DNA of 64,000 nucleotides from Eledone cirrhosa (Eukaryota): NCBI GenBank assembly GCA_964016885.1, contig OZ024762.1, positions 1,488,001 to 1,552,000 of the forward strand, read 5' to 3'. Shown piece by piece: positions 1 to 12,909 of this stretch (position 1 is its first letter; each line of letters starts with the position of its first letter). The notes under the pieces were generated by a model. It saw only the letters and a program-made list of their open reading frames with translations, ran no database searches and was not told where the DNA came from. The position numbers and the translations under genes were made by a program.

Positions 1-416
1 GTGGTGTGGTGGTGGTAGTGGTGGTGGTGGTGGTGGTGGTGGAGGTAGTGGTGGTCGTGGTGTTGGTGTAGTGGTGGTGGTAGTGGTAGTGGTGGAGGTA
101 GTGGTGGTGTTGGTGTAGTTGTGGTGGTGGTGGTGGTGGTTGTGGTTGTAGTGGTGGTAGTGGTGGTTGTAGTGGTAGTGGTGTAGTGGTGGTGGTAGTG
201 ATGGCAATACTGGTGGTGGTTGTTGCGGTGGTAGTAGTGGTAATAGTGGTATTGGTGAAGGTGGTAGTTGTGTTTGTAGTGATGGTGGTGGTGGTGGTGT
301 TGGTGGTAGTTGTGGTTGTAGTGGTGGTGTTAGCGGTGGTAGTATTGGTAGTAGTAGTAGTAGTAGTAGTAGTAGCAGCAGTGGTGGTGGTGGTGGTGGT
401 GGTGGTGGTGGTGGTG

Positions 417-458
<42 letters not shown>

Positions 459-496
459 ATAGTAGTAGCAGTAGTAGCAGTAGTAATAGTAGTAGC

Positions 497-540
<44 letters not shown>

Positions 541-595
541 CAGCCGCAGCAGTAGTGGTAGTAGTAGTAGTAGTAGCAGCAGTAGTAGTAGTACC
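1..595. repeat. (GGT)n/(AGT)n trinucleotide microsatellite
   Basis: Degenerate GGT then AGT triplets; the poly-Val and poly-Tyr ORFs are artefacts. Confidence 0.95.
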
Positions 596-826
596 AAGTA
601 ATTGACACCAAAATATTCAAGAAATAATTGACGAGAGGAAAGTTTTCAAGATTCCATTCTTAACATTTATTGATCAGAAAATTAATATTTTTGAAATAAA
701 ATAAAAAGAGAAATTAAAACACGTACGCCATAAACATACACACCCATGTACTCACACACACACTCAAATACCTTACACATACACCTACACACACACACAC
801 ACACACATATATATCTATATGTATAT

Positions 827-885
<59 letters not shown>

Positions 886-1008
886 TTTCAGAAGATCGTG
901 TTAAGGGTGAAAGCAGCGATTCTTTGTTTAAACTTTAATCTGTTATTTTAATAAATATATATATATATATTTATATAAGGTAGATTCTATAAGTTGATAA
1001 TACAACTG

Positions 1009-1081
<73 letters not shown>

Positions 1082-1083
<2 letters not shown>

Positions 1084-1258
1084 CAGTATCGGTAGAGGGT
1101 CGGACGCCATGCTTTCCAGCATAGTTACGTCCCTTTACGATCTGAGTTCAAATCCCGCCGAGGTTGACTTTGCCTTTCATCCTTACGGGGTCGATAAAAT
1201 AAAGTACCAGTAATGCACTGGGTAATTGCTGGCCTTGTGCCTAAAGTAGAAACAATTA
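1082..1258 (+). mobile_element. tRNA-derived SINE, family A (Nin/Deu-like central domain)
   Basis: A-box-like GGCAGTATCGG, B-box GAGTTCAAATCC and central GCCTTTCATCCTTACGGGGTCGATAAAATAAAGTACCAG; about 20 full or partial copies in the window. Confidence 0.85.
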
Positions 1259-1495
1259 TATATATATATATAATACTATATATATATATATATATATAAA
1301 TATATATACTATATATATATAATACTGTTGTATTATCAACTTATAGAATCTACCTTATACATATATATATATATATATAGTATATATAGTATTTATATTT
1401 ACAGTTTGACTTAACTCTGCATTGCCAGAGGTTTCCAGATGTAAATATGGCCATGTTATGTTATGTGTGTGTACAAGGATCAATGTCTTTTTTTT

Positions 1496-1867
1496 TTACA
1501 TTTTACAGTCGACATCAAAGAATGTTTGGTAAGTGTTTGGTCGAACTTTTTCAAAGAAATTAGAGCGACATTGATGAAAGTCTGTGGGAAGTCCGTTACT
1601 GGCACTACGACATGATGCCAAGCCATAGACGACAATATTTGGGTTTCTTTCAGGAAGTTGGTACACATTGATTTTACAGTCTTCACAGCAAGCATTTGTA
1701 CCATTTCTGATGGGAGAATCTATTGGACATTTCTTGCCAAGGATCAGACACATCAGGCAGTTACTAACACAGTTAACACGTGAATCAAGGAAGCATTGGG
1801 CTTGTCCCTGCACCTCGGAGACTGCAGTTATTGCTAGCAGAATAGCAAGTAGCACTTTCACTGCCAT
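1496..1867 (-). CDS. Secreted cysteine-rich protein, 123 aa, unknown family
   Basis: Non-repetitive ORF; strong Kozak context ACGATGG; splice acceptor ttgtcattgcAG (1877-1878) 9 nt before the ATG; signal peptide MAVKVLLAILLAITAVSEVQG; Cys at 25,33,37,40,47,60,61,64,86,100,121; NGT sequon; TAA at 1496-1498. Confidence 0.8.
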   Translation of the reverse strand: MAVKVLLAILLAITAVSEVQGQAQCFLDSRVNCVSNCLMCLILGKKCPIDSPIRNGTNACCEDCKINVYQLPERNPNIVVYGLASCRSASNGLPTDFHQCRSNFFEKVRPNTYQTFFDVDCKM

Positions 1868-2842
1868 CGTGTGCAACTGCAATGACAAATAAAATAGATA
1901 AATAGTAAATAAAGTATAAGATTATTGTTGTCACTGTTCTTATTTAGCCCTAGGTCAGCTGTGGTCAAACTGACCTATAATCAAAGGCAATCTAACCACG
2001 ACCATCCCATCTTTACAGATATTGTGTTTATCTTCAGAAATGTCAAACTGTTTGGTAGAAATTATCCAATATGTTTTTCCAATTCTTCAAGATGGCAGAA
2101 TGTGACTTGAGGTAATTTTAGACAGCTATTTCTAGCATGCCAAGTGAAAAGCTACAGGTGCATGTGTTTTTATTGGCAACATGACCCTCCCAAAATATGA
2201 CATAGTGAAAGAGTGACGAATAACATGGTCAACAGTTGAGTCAAAGAACGCCGAACGCTAAAACTATCAACAATACACAGTATTTACCTCTAACTGGATT
2301 ACCTATAACGATAATTTGTGATCCTTATATATATATATATGTGTGTGTGTATGTATATATATATATATATATGTATATAAAAGGTAAACAGAAATATCAA
2401 CACAATCGGTACAGTATATGGAAGGGATATATTAGGTTAACACTTGTACTGTAGTATAAGTTTGGTAGAAATATCCAAGGGTAAGAGTTAAGTATATTTA
2501 GTTACAGCTGCGTAACCCAACGAAACTTAAGTTGCTGTATATGTCACTGTTGTAGCTCTAATTATACATACATATATATATTATGTAAACCAGAACGATA
2601 AGAAGACTTTTCCCTGGTCTGGTTGCTTTCAATTACTCACTCAAGAAGGACTCGGAGTGCTAACAAAATATACATTTGTAATGCAGCGAGTTACACTAAA
2701 AGTAAGTCCCGGGCCCAAGTTGGAAGACTCAACTTAGGTTTATGCAAAAGCACACTGCAGCAACGAGGTTCAGGGTTCAATCCGTTGACTACATTCTGTG
2801 TATATATATATGTATGTATATATATATATATATATATGTATG

Positions 2843-2874
<32 letters not shown>

Positions 2875-2985
2875 GGGAAAGAGTCAGGACCCCGACTCTT
2901 TTCCGATTACCCACTCTACTACCCAAAGTATTGAGTACTCTGGTGCGTTATGGTCCACCTGGTCCTTACCACACTTCCTTCGTTA
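2875..2985 (+). mobile_element. Penelope-like terminal fragment (GTATTGAGTACT family) in a (TA)n tract
   Basis: Same TACCCACTCTACTACCC..GTATTGAGTACT..TATGGT body as 5705-5790 (-), 15557-15698, 33864-34050 and 50035-50205. Confidence 0.55.
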
Positions 2986-3215
2986 TATATATATATATAT
3001 ATATATATATCAAATGTATATATTGAGTTAGAAACTCAAAATAGTCTCTTACAATTAAATAGCTCAAAGAAAGAGGTTTTTCTGATTTATTATTTTAAAT
3101 TGAGTCTGACAAACCCTAGTTAGTATTTTTTTCACCCTAGCGAATCTGGTCCCTTACGATTTGAACACATGTATGTATATATCTGCGTTTATCTTTCTTT
3201 TATATTCAATTATAT

Positions 3216-3270
<55 letters not shown>

Positions 3271-3352
3271 AAAGTTCTATTTAAATTGTTGGGATACAAC
3301 AAGCAAATATTTTTATAACTGATATAAAGCACTCGACAAGTATTTGGAGTAA

Positions 3353-3516
3353 ATATACGATATTAAGAAATGGAAACTATATTTATAAAACCATATCTAT
3401 TTTATTATACATATTTCAAGGATACCATGTTAAATCATAATTTAACATGGTATCCTTGAAATATGTATAATAAAATAGATATGGTTTTATAAATATAGTT
3501 TCCATTTGTTAATATC

Positions 3517-3522
<6 letters not shown>
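3353..3522. repeat. Near-perfect fold-back palindrome (~83-bp arms, 4-nt loop)
   Basis: 3353-3435 is the reverse complement of 3440-3522 with one mismatch; loop CATA. Confidence 0.95.
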
Positions 3523-3557
<35 letters not shown>

Positions 3558-3632
3558 GAATGTATATATCTCTCTTCATAATGTATATATATATATATGT
3601 ATATATATATAAATTAGACCAGAGTTATCTAC

Positions 3633-3697
3633 CTTGATTTTTGTGCACTTGGGGCAAGTTACATAACTCTGCATCTTACAATACGTTCGATTTTATA
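3633..3697 (-). promoter_or_regulatory. Candidate TATA box and short non-coding first exon (proximal) for the Cys-rich gene
   Basis: Minus-strand TATAAAA at 3697-3691, then AAG|GTAGAT donor at 3633/3632. Confidence 0.35.
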
Positions 3698-3947
3698 TTG
3701 AGAAAAACCAAACCAAAACAAAACTATTTCTAAATCAGGCTCCATTCGTTCTAAAGTTGAGCGAAATTGTTGATTATTTTCAAAATCAATTAAAAGCCAA
3801 AGGCAGTAACTTTTATTAGAAATACAGCAATGGAAAGGTTGAATTAACGATTAACATAGCTGTTGATTAGTGAAGGTGGTGGTAAAATAGGAACGTATGT
3901 GCGTGTATATACATATATATATATATATATATACATAGGTAACTTAT

Positions 3948-4050
3948 TCCAGGTTGAATCGGAGGTAACCACAGTAAGTAAGGTACTCAATATATAGCAG
4001 AGTATAACAGTTTTAAAATAGATGAGATTCTACAGGACTAGAACTGTTTC
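3948..4050 (-). mobile_element. Penelope-like fragment with the 3' half of a hammerhead (same family as 63438-63685)
   Basis: Shares GGTAACC..GTAAGGTACTCAATA and TTCTACAGGACTAGAACTGTTTC with the 63.5 kb element. Confidence 0.6.
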
Positions 4051-4074
4051 ATTCTAACTCAATATATACCTTTG

Positions 4075-4134
<60 letters not shown>

Positions 4135-4137
<3 letters not shown>

Positions 4138-4279
4138 AATGGCGCAGTTCCTGCTTCGGTAGTCCAGGTCTGCAATTCATTCACCCAGTGCCGGGCAGAC
4201 AAAAAAGTGGTGCCATAAAATGGGTGGTGCAGCCTAACTTTGGTAACTTACTGACCCCGAGCAACGCCGGGATTTAATG

Positions 4280-4285
<6 letters not shown>
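4135..4285 (+). mobile_element. Possible non-autonomous Helitron fragment
   Basis: Subterminal hairpin CCCGAGCAACGCCGGG followed about 10 nt later by a degenerate CTAG-like end, within (TA)n. Confidence 0.35.
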
Positions 4286-4327
<42 letters not shown>

Positions 4328-4816
4328 CATACATATATAGATACATACATATATAGTGGCTGCCAACTCGTTTTCGAGTATGGCCACTACTTTATATCCA
4401 CTACTTTATATCCATCCTACCGATGCGCTGAACGAGTGTGACTTGTTAGTACAGCCAGCGACTTAAAAACTCTGGTACAAACACTACACTTGTGACAATT
4501 ATTGACACATAGTGCTGGGCCCATGGTACCATGTGACGACAAGTGCAGAGAGATCTCCAGATATAAAGCAATGCCTGTACCGTGAAGCTTTTATAGTGAG
4601 CAAAGGCACTGCACAAAGCCAGTCCCACTCTCTTAACCAAGATGATATTTACCAAAAAGAAGAACAAGTCAACATCATTGGATACCATCAGGGTTGCAGG
4701 TGTTATATCAGAGTTTTCCTTCTCCTAGAATTCTGCCTTGACAAAGGCTAAGGGGTCATCTTCCTGGTGATTTTGGATGGCCATTGAGCTCCTTTGCCCT
4801 TTGACAGGTTTTGTTA

Positions 4817-4985
4817 TATATATACACATACATACATATATATACATACACATATATATATATACATACATATACATACATATATATATACATACATATA
4901 CATACATATACATACATACATATACATACATATATATATGTATACATACATATATACATACATATATATATATATATACATACAT

Positions 4986-5016
<31 letters not shown>

Positions 5017-5109
5017 CATACACATATATATATATATACATACACATATATATATATATATACATATATATATACATACACTTATATATATATATACATA
5101 TACATACAC

Positions 5110-5166
<57 letters not shown>

Positions 5167-5368
5167 CATATATATATAGATACATACATAAATATATACA
5201 TACATACATAAATATATACATACATATATATATACATACATACATACATATATATATATACATACATATATATATACATACATACATATATACATACATA
5301 CATATATATACATACATACATATATATATATATACACATATATATATATATATACATACATATATATA
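4817..5368. repeat. (TA)n/(CATA)n compound microsatellite (similar tracts at 16850-17700, 18850-19830, 28430-28790, 41480-42670, 50200-51010, 54810-55395)
   Basis: Direct reading; source of the YIYI/HTHT ORFs. Confidence 0.95.
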
Positions 5369-5787
5369 TTACTGGGTGGATTTTTTATCTCCCCTCTCTC
5401 TGCCTTCTTCCCTCACTCCCCCTCATTTAATGTAAGTGTGTTACTTAGAGTGTAGATCTGTGAAAATATTGTTAAATAAACAGCATGTGTAACAGCAGGA
5501 ATATCTGTTGACATAACAGAACGTAACTTAACATCCTGCAAGGATTTAGCAGAAAATATCTAAAATAGCTTTGTTAGTTCAAATGTTTATAGTATATTTA
5601 ATGGTGGACAGATTGTGGTGAAAATTTGTAGCATTATCTCTTAACATTCTGTAAAGATTTACCAGAAGATATACATATATATATATATGTGTGTGTATAT
5701 ATCAGATAGGGTGTGGTAAAAACAAGGTAGACCATAACCCACTAGAGTACTCAATACTTGGGGTAGTAGAGTGGGTAATAGGAAGAG

Positions 5788-5825
<38 letters not shown>

Positions 5826-6326
5826 ACTGTATGGACTCGGCTGCTATTTCTAGCTGTCGATAATCCTATTCACGCCACTGGGATGACGCTGTGTGATGTG
5901 TGTATTTTTTAAAAAAATGCAACACGTGGTATGAGTCATTCACAGATTTACATTTGTTGTGTAAACGCAGATGGTTGGATCTTCTCCTTTGGTGACCATC
6001 CGGGATTTGACTGCTGTCATTTACTGGTTAATTGGTGAAATATATTTTTTATTTAAAGAAATATATACAAAGGAGATTAATCATTTTAAAAGGTATCTAT
6101 ATTTGAAGTTCTAGTTAAACTTTAATTAGTTACCTACCTAGCTATGTGTGCTTACACACTTTACAAATTATTCCGTGATTGTTTAATATGTTTATTTTAT
6201 ATATATATATGTCAATCTATTTCTAGTTGATATAACATGATTGGATCTATTCATTGGAATATTTGAGCTTATTCTGCAGTGGATATGGTGCATGTCTCTA
6301 AGACATGACACCCGTAATTTTATTTT

Positions 6327-6372
<46 letters not shown>

Positions 6373-7229
6373 ATCCTTTTGGAAGCCTCTACAATGCAGA
6401 TGGGTAAATTTCCAGGTAAGAAAATCAGGTGGCAGTAGAAATATATATATATATATATATATATATGAGATTGATAAAGCAAAGTTAGTATCAGACTTTA
6501 AAAAAAAACATATATATATATATATACAGGAGGGTGGGTGTGATCGGTTAAAATCCTGTTCAAGGCGGTGCCCCAGCACAACCACAATCTAATGACTGAA
6601 ACCAGTGAAAGTGTTAATGTGTTAAGTCAACATAGACAAAAGGACATTTGAGAGTTTTAGTATTATATAATAATATATATTATATAATATATATTATATA
6701 TAATATATGTTATATAACATATATTATATAATATATAATTGTTTCTACTTTTGGCACAAGGCCAGCAAAACCCAGCGCATTACTGGTACTTTATTTTATC
6801 GACTCCGTAAGGATGATGGTATATAATATATAACATATATAATATATATAATATATAACATATTTAATATATAATATATATAATATATATAATATATATA
6901 ATATATAATATATATAATATATATATAATATACATTATATAATAATGTATAAATATAAGACCTACTTTAACTAAAATTTATATTAAAAAAATAAAAATGT
7001 ACTTACCAAAAGAAGATTATTAATAATGATAATATTAATAATAATTTTTTATTCATGCACAAGGCCAAACATTTTTGTGGAGAGGGGAAAGTCGAATAAA
7101 TCGACCCCAGTGCGTGACTGGTACTTTTGTTTATCAACTTTAAATGGATTACAGACAAAGTTGACCTCTGTTAGGGAATAAACCAACTTTGAAAGAAAAT
7201 ATATGAAATAAATAATTCTACGTACTTAC

Positions 7230-7400
7230 CAAAAGGAAATTATTAATAATAATAATTACAGTTCTATGAAGAGAATTGGTGGGAATTAGAAATGTCTTTG
7301 TTGTCCTCGTGTTGGAGACTGTGTCGTCTGTTTCTACTTCTTCTGTTAGAGACTTCAAGACTTCAATCTGGCTCACAACACTGTTGACGATGTATTTATA
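7230..7400 (-). promoter_or_regulatory. Candidate TATA box and ATG-free non-coding first exon (distal)
   Basis: Minus-strand TATAAATA at 7400-7393, about 140 nt of unique ATG-free sequence, then TTG|GTAAGT donor at 7230/7229. Confidence 0.45.
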
Positions 7401-7937
7401 CATACAGGCCTATATATACACACTCATGTGTGTATATATATATACATACATATATATATGTGTGTGTATATATGTATGTACAACAGGGCAGGAGTAGGTA
7501 GGTGTGTGGGTACTTATATGTGTGTGTTTATTTTTGTGGCATTCACATATGTTCTTACGTACAGATGTACGGAAGTGAGAGCACATGTGTTAATGTGTGT
7601 ATATATATGTGTGTATATATATGTGTATATATACGTACATATGTGTATATATATATATATATATGTCTTCTTAAATAACTTCATCCAAGTGTCTTATCCT
7701 TTTAGGTTTTCTCACCAAAACAGACGTCAAAGATTTTAAACAAAAAGATGGTGTCATTTCCTGTTGTTGCTGTTGTGGTTGTTGCTGTTGCTGTTTATAT
7801 TTAGCTTTTCTCTTTTTAAGGATATGGGGGGAAACCCTGGCTGATGGGGTGGGGGTGGGGTGAAGTGGGGATTGTGGAGGGGGTGTTAAGGGGAGGTGTG
7901 GGGTGCAGTGTAGGGGTCAATAATTTCTAGCAGTCTC

Positions 7938-8506
7938 AACCACCACCACCAACAACACTATCACAACTACCACTACCATCACCACCATCACACCACCTCC
8001 ACCACACCACCACCACCACACCACCACACCACCACCACCTCCACAACCACTACCACCACAACCGAGGTTGATGTCTGATGTAGTTTAAATATTTACTGAA
8101 GTTCTGGTCAACGACCACCATACCACCACCACCACCACCACCACCCCAAACACCACACCACTACCACCACCACACCACCACCACCACCACATCACCACCA
8201 CCACCACCATACCACCACCACCACCACCCCAAACACCACCACCACCACCATACCACCACCACCATACCACCACCATCATCACCATCACCACCACCACCAC
8301 CCCAAACACCACCACCACCACCATACCACCACCACCACCACCATACCACCACCACCACCACCACCCCAAACACCACCACCACCACCATACCACCACCATC
8401 ATCACCATCACCATCATCACCATCACCACCACCACCACCCCAAACACCACCACCACCACCACCACCACCATACCACCACCACCACCACCACCACCACCAC
8501 CACCAT
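7938..8506. repeat. (ACC)n microsatellite
   Basis: Direct reading. Confidence 0.95.
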
Positions 8507-8589
8507 CATGTCAACTCAGAACATTAAAATCGTAACTAGATATAACAAAACCTTGTCCAACGCCCTGATAATAATAGCAGTAATAATAA

Positions 8590-8730
8590 TAATTTTCTAC
8601 TTTTGGCACAAGGCCAGCAATTACCCCAGTGTATTACTGGTACTTTATTTTATCAACCTTATAAGGATGAAAGGCAAAGTTAACCTCGGTGGTGTTTGAA
8701 CTCAGAATGTAAAGGGCCGTAACTCTAGGC
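8590..8730 (-). mobile_element. SINE family A copy
   Basis: Reverse complement of the 1082-1258 body. Confidence 0.8.
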
Positions 8731-8737
8731 TGCCAAG

Positions 8738-8872
8738 CATATTCTGACCAAGATGAAGATTGAACACAACAGACCAGATATTGTAATTGAAGAGGGTTAG
8801 GAAACTGTGCCCTAACAGATGTAGTGAGTCCTTTTGATATCAGAATTGAACAAAAGGAGAAGGTCAAAGTAG
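8738..8872 (+). mobile_element. Degraded RLE-type (R4/Dong-like) non-LTR retrotransposon endonuclease fragment
   Basis: Translates, with a frameshift, as IEHNRPDIVIEE / CALTDVVSPFDIRIEQKEKVK: the PD..D restriction-like endonuclease motif. Confidence 0.7.
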
Positions 8873-8886
8873 GGGGTTTTACTAAC

Positions 8887-10898
8887 TTAACTCTTTAGCA
8901 TTTAAACTGGTCAGATCCGGCCAGAAGTCTCTCACCTCTTCCTGTTCCAGCCAACTGTAACTGGCTGCTCATACTGACGTTAAGGTATTGTTAAAAAATA
9001 ATTAACATCGAAATCTCATAGATTCAATGTTATGTGAGATACTATGTGATACTGTGACAATACAATAGTATATATAGAGTAATGTAAATGTTATGTGAGG
9101 TAAAGCCTTTACTGTGATAATACAATAGTATATATAGAGTAATGTAAATGTTATGTGAGATATTATGTGAGGTAAAGCCTTTACTGTGATAATACAATAG
9201 TATATATAGAGTAATGTAAATGTTATGTGAGGTATTATGTGAGGTAAAGCCTTTACTGTGACAATACAATAGTATATATAGAGTAATGTAAATGTTATGT
9301 GAGATATTATGTGAGGTAAAGCCTTTACTGTGATAATACAATAGTATATATAGAGTAATGTAAATGTTATGTGAGGTATTATGTGAGGTAAAGCCTTTAC
9401 TGTGAAAATACAATAGTATATATAGAGTAATGTAAATGTTATGTGAGATATTATGTGAGGTAAAGCCTTTACTGTGATAATACAATAGTATATATAGAGT
9501 AATGTAAATGTTATGTGAGGTATTATGTGAGGTAAAGCCTTTACTGTGACAATACAATAGTATATATAGAGTAATGTAAATGTTATGTGAGATATTATGT
9601 GAGGTAAAGCCTTTACTGTGATAATACAATAGTATATATAGAGTAATGTAAATGTTATGTGAGGTATGTGAGGTAAAGCCTTTACTGTGAAAATACAATA
9701 GTATATATAGAGTAATGTAAATGTTATGTGAGATATTATGTGAGGTAAAGCCTTTACTGTGATAATACAATAGTATATATAGAGTAATGTAAATGTTATG
9801 TGAGATATTATGTGAGATATTATGTGAGATAAAGCCTTTACTGTGACAATACAATAGTATATATAGAGTAATGTAAATGTTATGTGAGATATTATGTGAG
9901 GTAAAGCCTTTACTGTGATAATACAATAGTATATATAGAGTAATGTAAATGTTATGTGAGATATTATGTGAGGTAAAGCCTTTACTGTGAAAATACAATA
10001 GTATATATAGAGTAATGTAAATGTTATGTGAGATATTATGTGAGGTAAAGCCTTTACTGTGAAAATACAATAGTATATATAGAGTAATGTAAATGTTATG
10101 TGAGGTATTATGTGAGGTAAAGCCTTTACTGTGAAAATACAATAGTATATATAGAGTAATGTAAATGTTATGTGAGATATTATGTGAGATAAAGCCTTTA
10201 CTGTGAAAATACAATAGTATATATAGAGTAATGTAAATGTTATGTGAGATACTATGTGAGATAAAGCCTTTACTGTGAAAATACAATAGTATATATAGAG
10301 TAATGTAAATGTTATGTGAGATATTATGTGAGGTAAAGCCTTTACTGTGATAATACAATAGTATATATAGAGTAATGTAAATGTTATGTGAGATATTATG
10401 TGAGATATTATGTGAGATAAAGCCTTTACTGTGAAAATACAATAGTATATATAGAGTAATGTAAATGTTATGTGAGATATTATGTGAGGTAAAGCCTTTA
10501 CTGTGAAAATACAATAGTATATATAGAGTAATGTAAATGTTATGTGAGATATTATGTGAGGTAAAGCCTTTACTGTGAAAATACAATAGTATATATAGAG
10601 TAATGTAAATGTTATGTGAGATATTATGTGAGATAAAGCCTTTACTGTGACAATACAATAGTATATATAGAGTAATGTAAATGTTATGTGAGATATTATG
10701 TGAGGTAAAGCCTTTACTGTGAAAATACAATAGTATATATAGAGTAATGTAAATGTTATGTGAGATATTATGTGAGATAAAGCCTTTACTGTGACAATAC
10801 AATAGTATATATAGAGTAATGTAAATGTTATGTGAGATATTATGTGAGGTAAAGCCTTTACTGTGAAAATATAATAGTATATATAGAGTAATGTAAAT
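8887..10898 (+). mobile_element. piggyBac-like MITE left end expanded into ~26 copies of a 72-bp satellite
   Basis: TTAA-CTCTTTAGCATT left end at 8887; tandem unit TTATGTGAGGTAAAGCCTTTACTGTGAAAATACAATAGTATATATAGAGTAATGTAAATGTTATGTGAGATA from ~9028; no right TIR. Confidence 0.85.
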
Positions 10899-11890
10899 TT
10901 ACTTTATTTCACGTTGCTCCAGTTTACTCAGCCATAGAAATGAGATGATAGGACTGGGGTCCCTATCATTAAATCACCCAAGATACCTCCAATGAGATAT
11001 ACCTTGGAGGAGGCCAGCTAAACCTGCATAGGTGTGAGCTGTCTCACACACACACACAATAGTTTGAATCTAGTCGTCGAAACGGCCGGAGTTCAGCCAT
11101 CAGGGTCCTGACCCTTTTCCTATATACACACACACCACCACCACCACCACACTGGATGCCCTTCCTAACACCAACCACAATTACAGCGTGGCCTGTGAGT
11201 AGTTTTATATATATAAATATATATATATATATATACACATTAACATGTATGTATACTATCATTTAAGCATATGGTGTATATCTTGTTAAGCAATTTTTCC
11301 CAGTTTCACCTTATCTAAATGTTTAACACACCCTACTTTTAGTTACGTTAGCTGCAACAGTGGTGGGGGAGGGGTGCTTCTCTTCCACAAGGATATTGGT
11401 TATATTTATATATTGTATATCAGGTTATATAATAAATACCATTAAATAATGGTCTTCTCTACTTATCTGATAGAAATCAATGAGGTGTTTATAAAAGCCA
11501 ACATAATAAACAAAAGTGTAGACAAAGCTGCGTAAATGTGTGACTGTGTTTTGGGATGTGGGTAGTCCGGTTTGAGTGTTTCTGGGTGAGGTGTGATATA
11601 TATGTGTGTGTGTGTGTGTCTGTGTGTGTATATATATATATATATATGATATGTTTAACATATGTGTGTGTATATATATATATATGATATGTGTGTGTGA
11701 GAGAGAGAGGAAAAAGAGAAAGCATTTCACAATAAACAATGCTGATATCAGTTTTATACACACACACACACACATATATATATATAAGATACACACACAC
11801 ACACACACATATATATCTATATATACACACATACACATATATATCATATCTCACTCAGAAACACTCAAAACGGAACTCCCACACTTCCAA

Positions 11891-11930
<40 letters not shown>

Positions 11931-12209
11931 GTGTGCATATGTGTGTATGATTTCATATATATATGTATATATATGTGTGTGCAGGCGTTGTTGCATATGC
12001 ATTCCCATGCATACACATGCATCGCCACACACAAACACACACACACACACACGCACACACACACACGCACATCTAACTGAAATTGCCAAAACAATAAAAT
12101 GGAATTTTAGAAAAAGAAATGCTTTAAAAAAAAGGAAAGAATTTTTATAATTTAACCCCAAAAAAAATTTACAATGAGTGGGAAATTCTCAAATGATTGG
12201 GTTGTGTTG

Positions 12210-12400
12210 GGTAGGTGTGGCGGTGGTGGATAGGGTGGGATAGGGGTGGTGTGAGGGTGGTGTGGCGTTGGTGGATAGGGTGGGATAGGGGTGGGGGAAG
12301 CTCTGGTGTGAGGGTGGTGTGGCGTTGGTGGATAGGGTGGGATAGGGGTGGGGGAAGATCTGGTGTGAGGGTGGTGGTGCCTTGGTGGATAGGGTGTGAG
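12210..12400 (+). repeat. G-rich degenerate minisatellite
   Basis: Repeated GGTGGATAGGGTGGGATAGGGGTGG blocks. Confidence 0.8.
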
Positions 12401-12909
12401 GGTGGTGGTGGTGGCAGTGGTGGTGGTTAGAAATGTTTTTAAAATGATATATCAGTGATGTAAACATACATAAATACAGATACGTATATATATACATGCA
12501 TACATACATGTATACATAGATATATATATACATACATGTATACATACAGATATATATACATACATGATGGCTGCAACTTGATTTCAAGAAATGTTGTTGC
12601 TTGATACTCAAGCATGAGCATCACGGATGTGGCTTTTTAGCCAATGACTTGCCTGTGGCCAGCAATGCCATGTCATGCCTCTGCTTGAATCTTTTTTAAG
12701 TGAGGAAAGACTTTGCATGGAGCCATTCCCACTCTCTGAACATCGACCGCATTAATTAAAAACAGAAGTTTCCAATGAGATACAAGCTTATCGGAGGTTA
12801 TCTCAATCTACATATTTCTGGGCTGTAACAACATGTATGCATATGTATGTGTGTGTGGGATTGTACTTGGGTCTATATGGGTGTGAGTTGTAGATTTTAA
12901 TTCAATTTT

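Noticed and set aside
3419-3458. GTATCCTT U12 donor motif on both strands
   Set aside because: Part of the fold-back palindrome, downstream of UBE2H, with no adjacent exon
4446-4810. 80-aa hydrophobic ORF and neighbouring frames
   Set aside because: No recognisable domain; contains a GAGTTTTCCTTCTCCTAG..CAAAGGCTAA block suggestive of retroelement debris
9042-10802. 586-aa ORF (and the 332/260-aa ORFs at 59909-60954) of YFHSKGFTSHNISHNIYITLYILL repeats
   Set aside because: Reading frame of a 72-bp satellite; the frame-preserving indels are 12-bp subrepeat and TAT slippage events; no start context or splice signals
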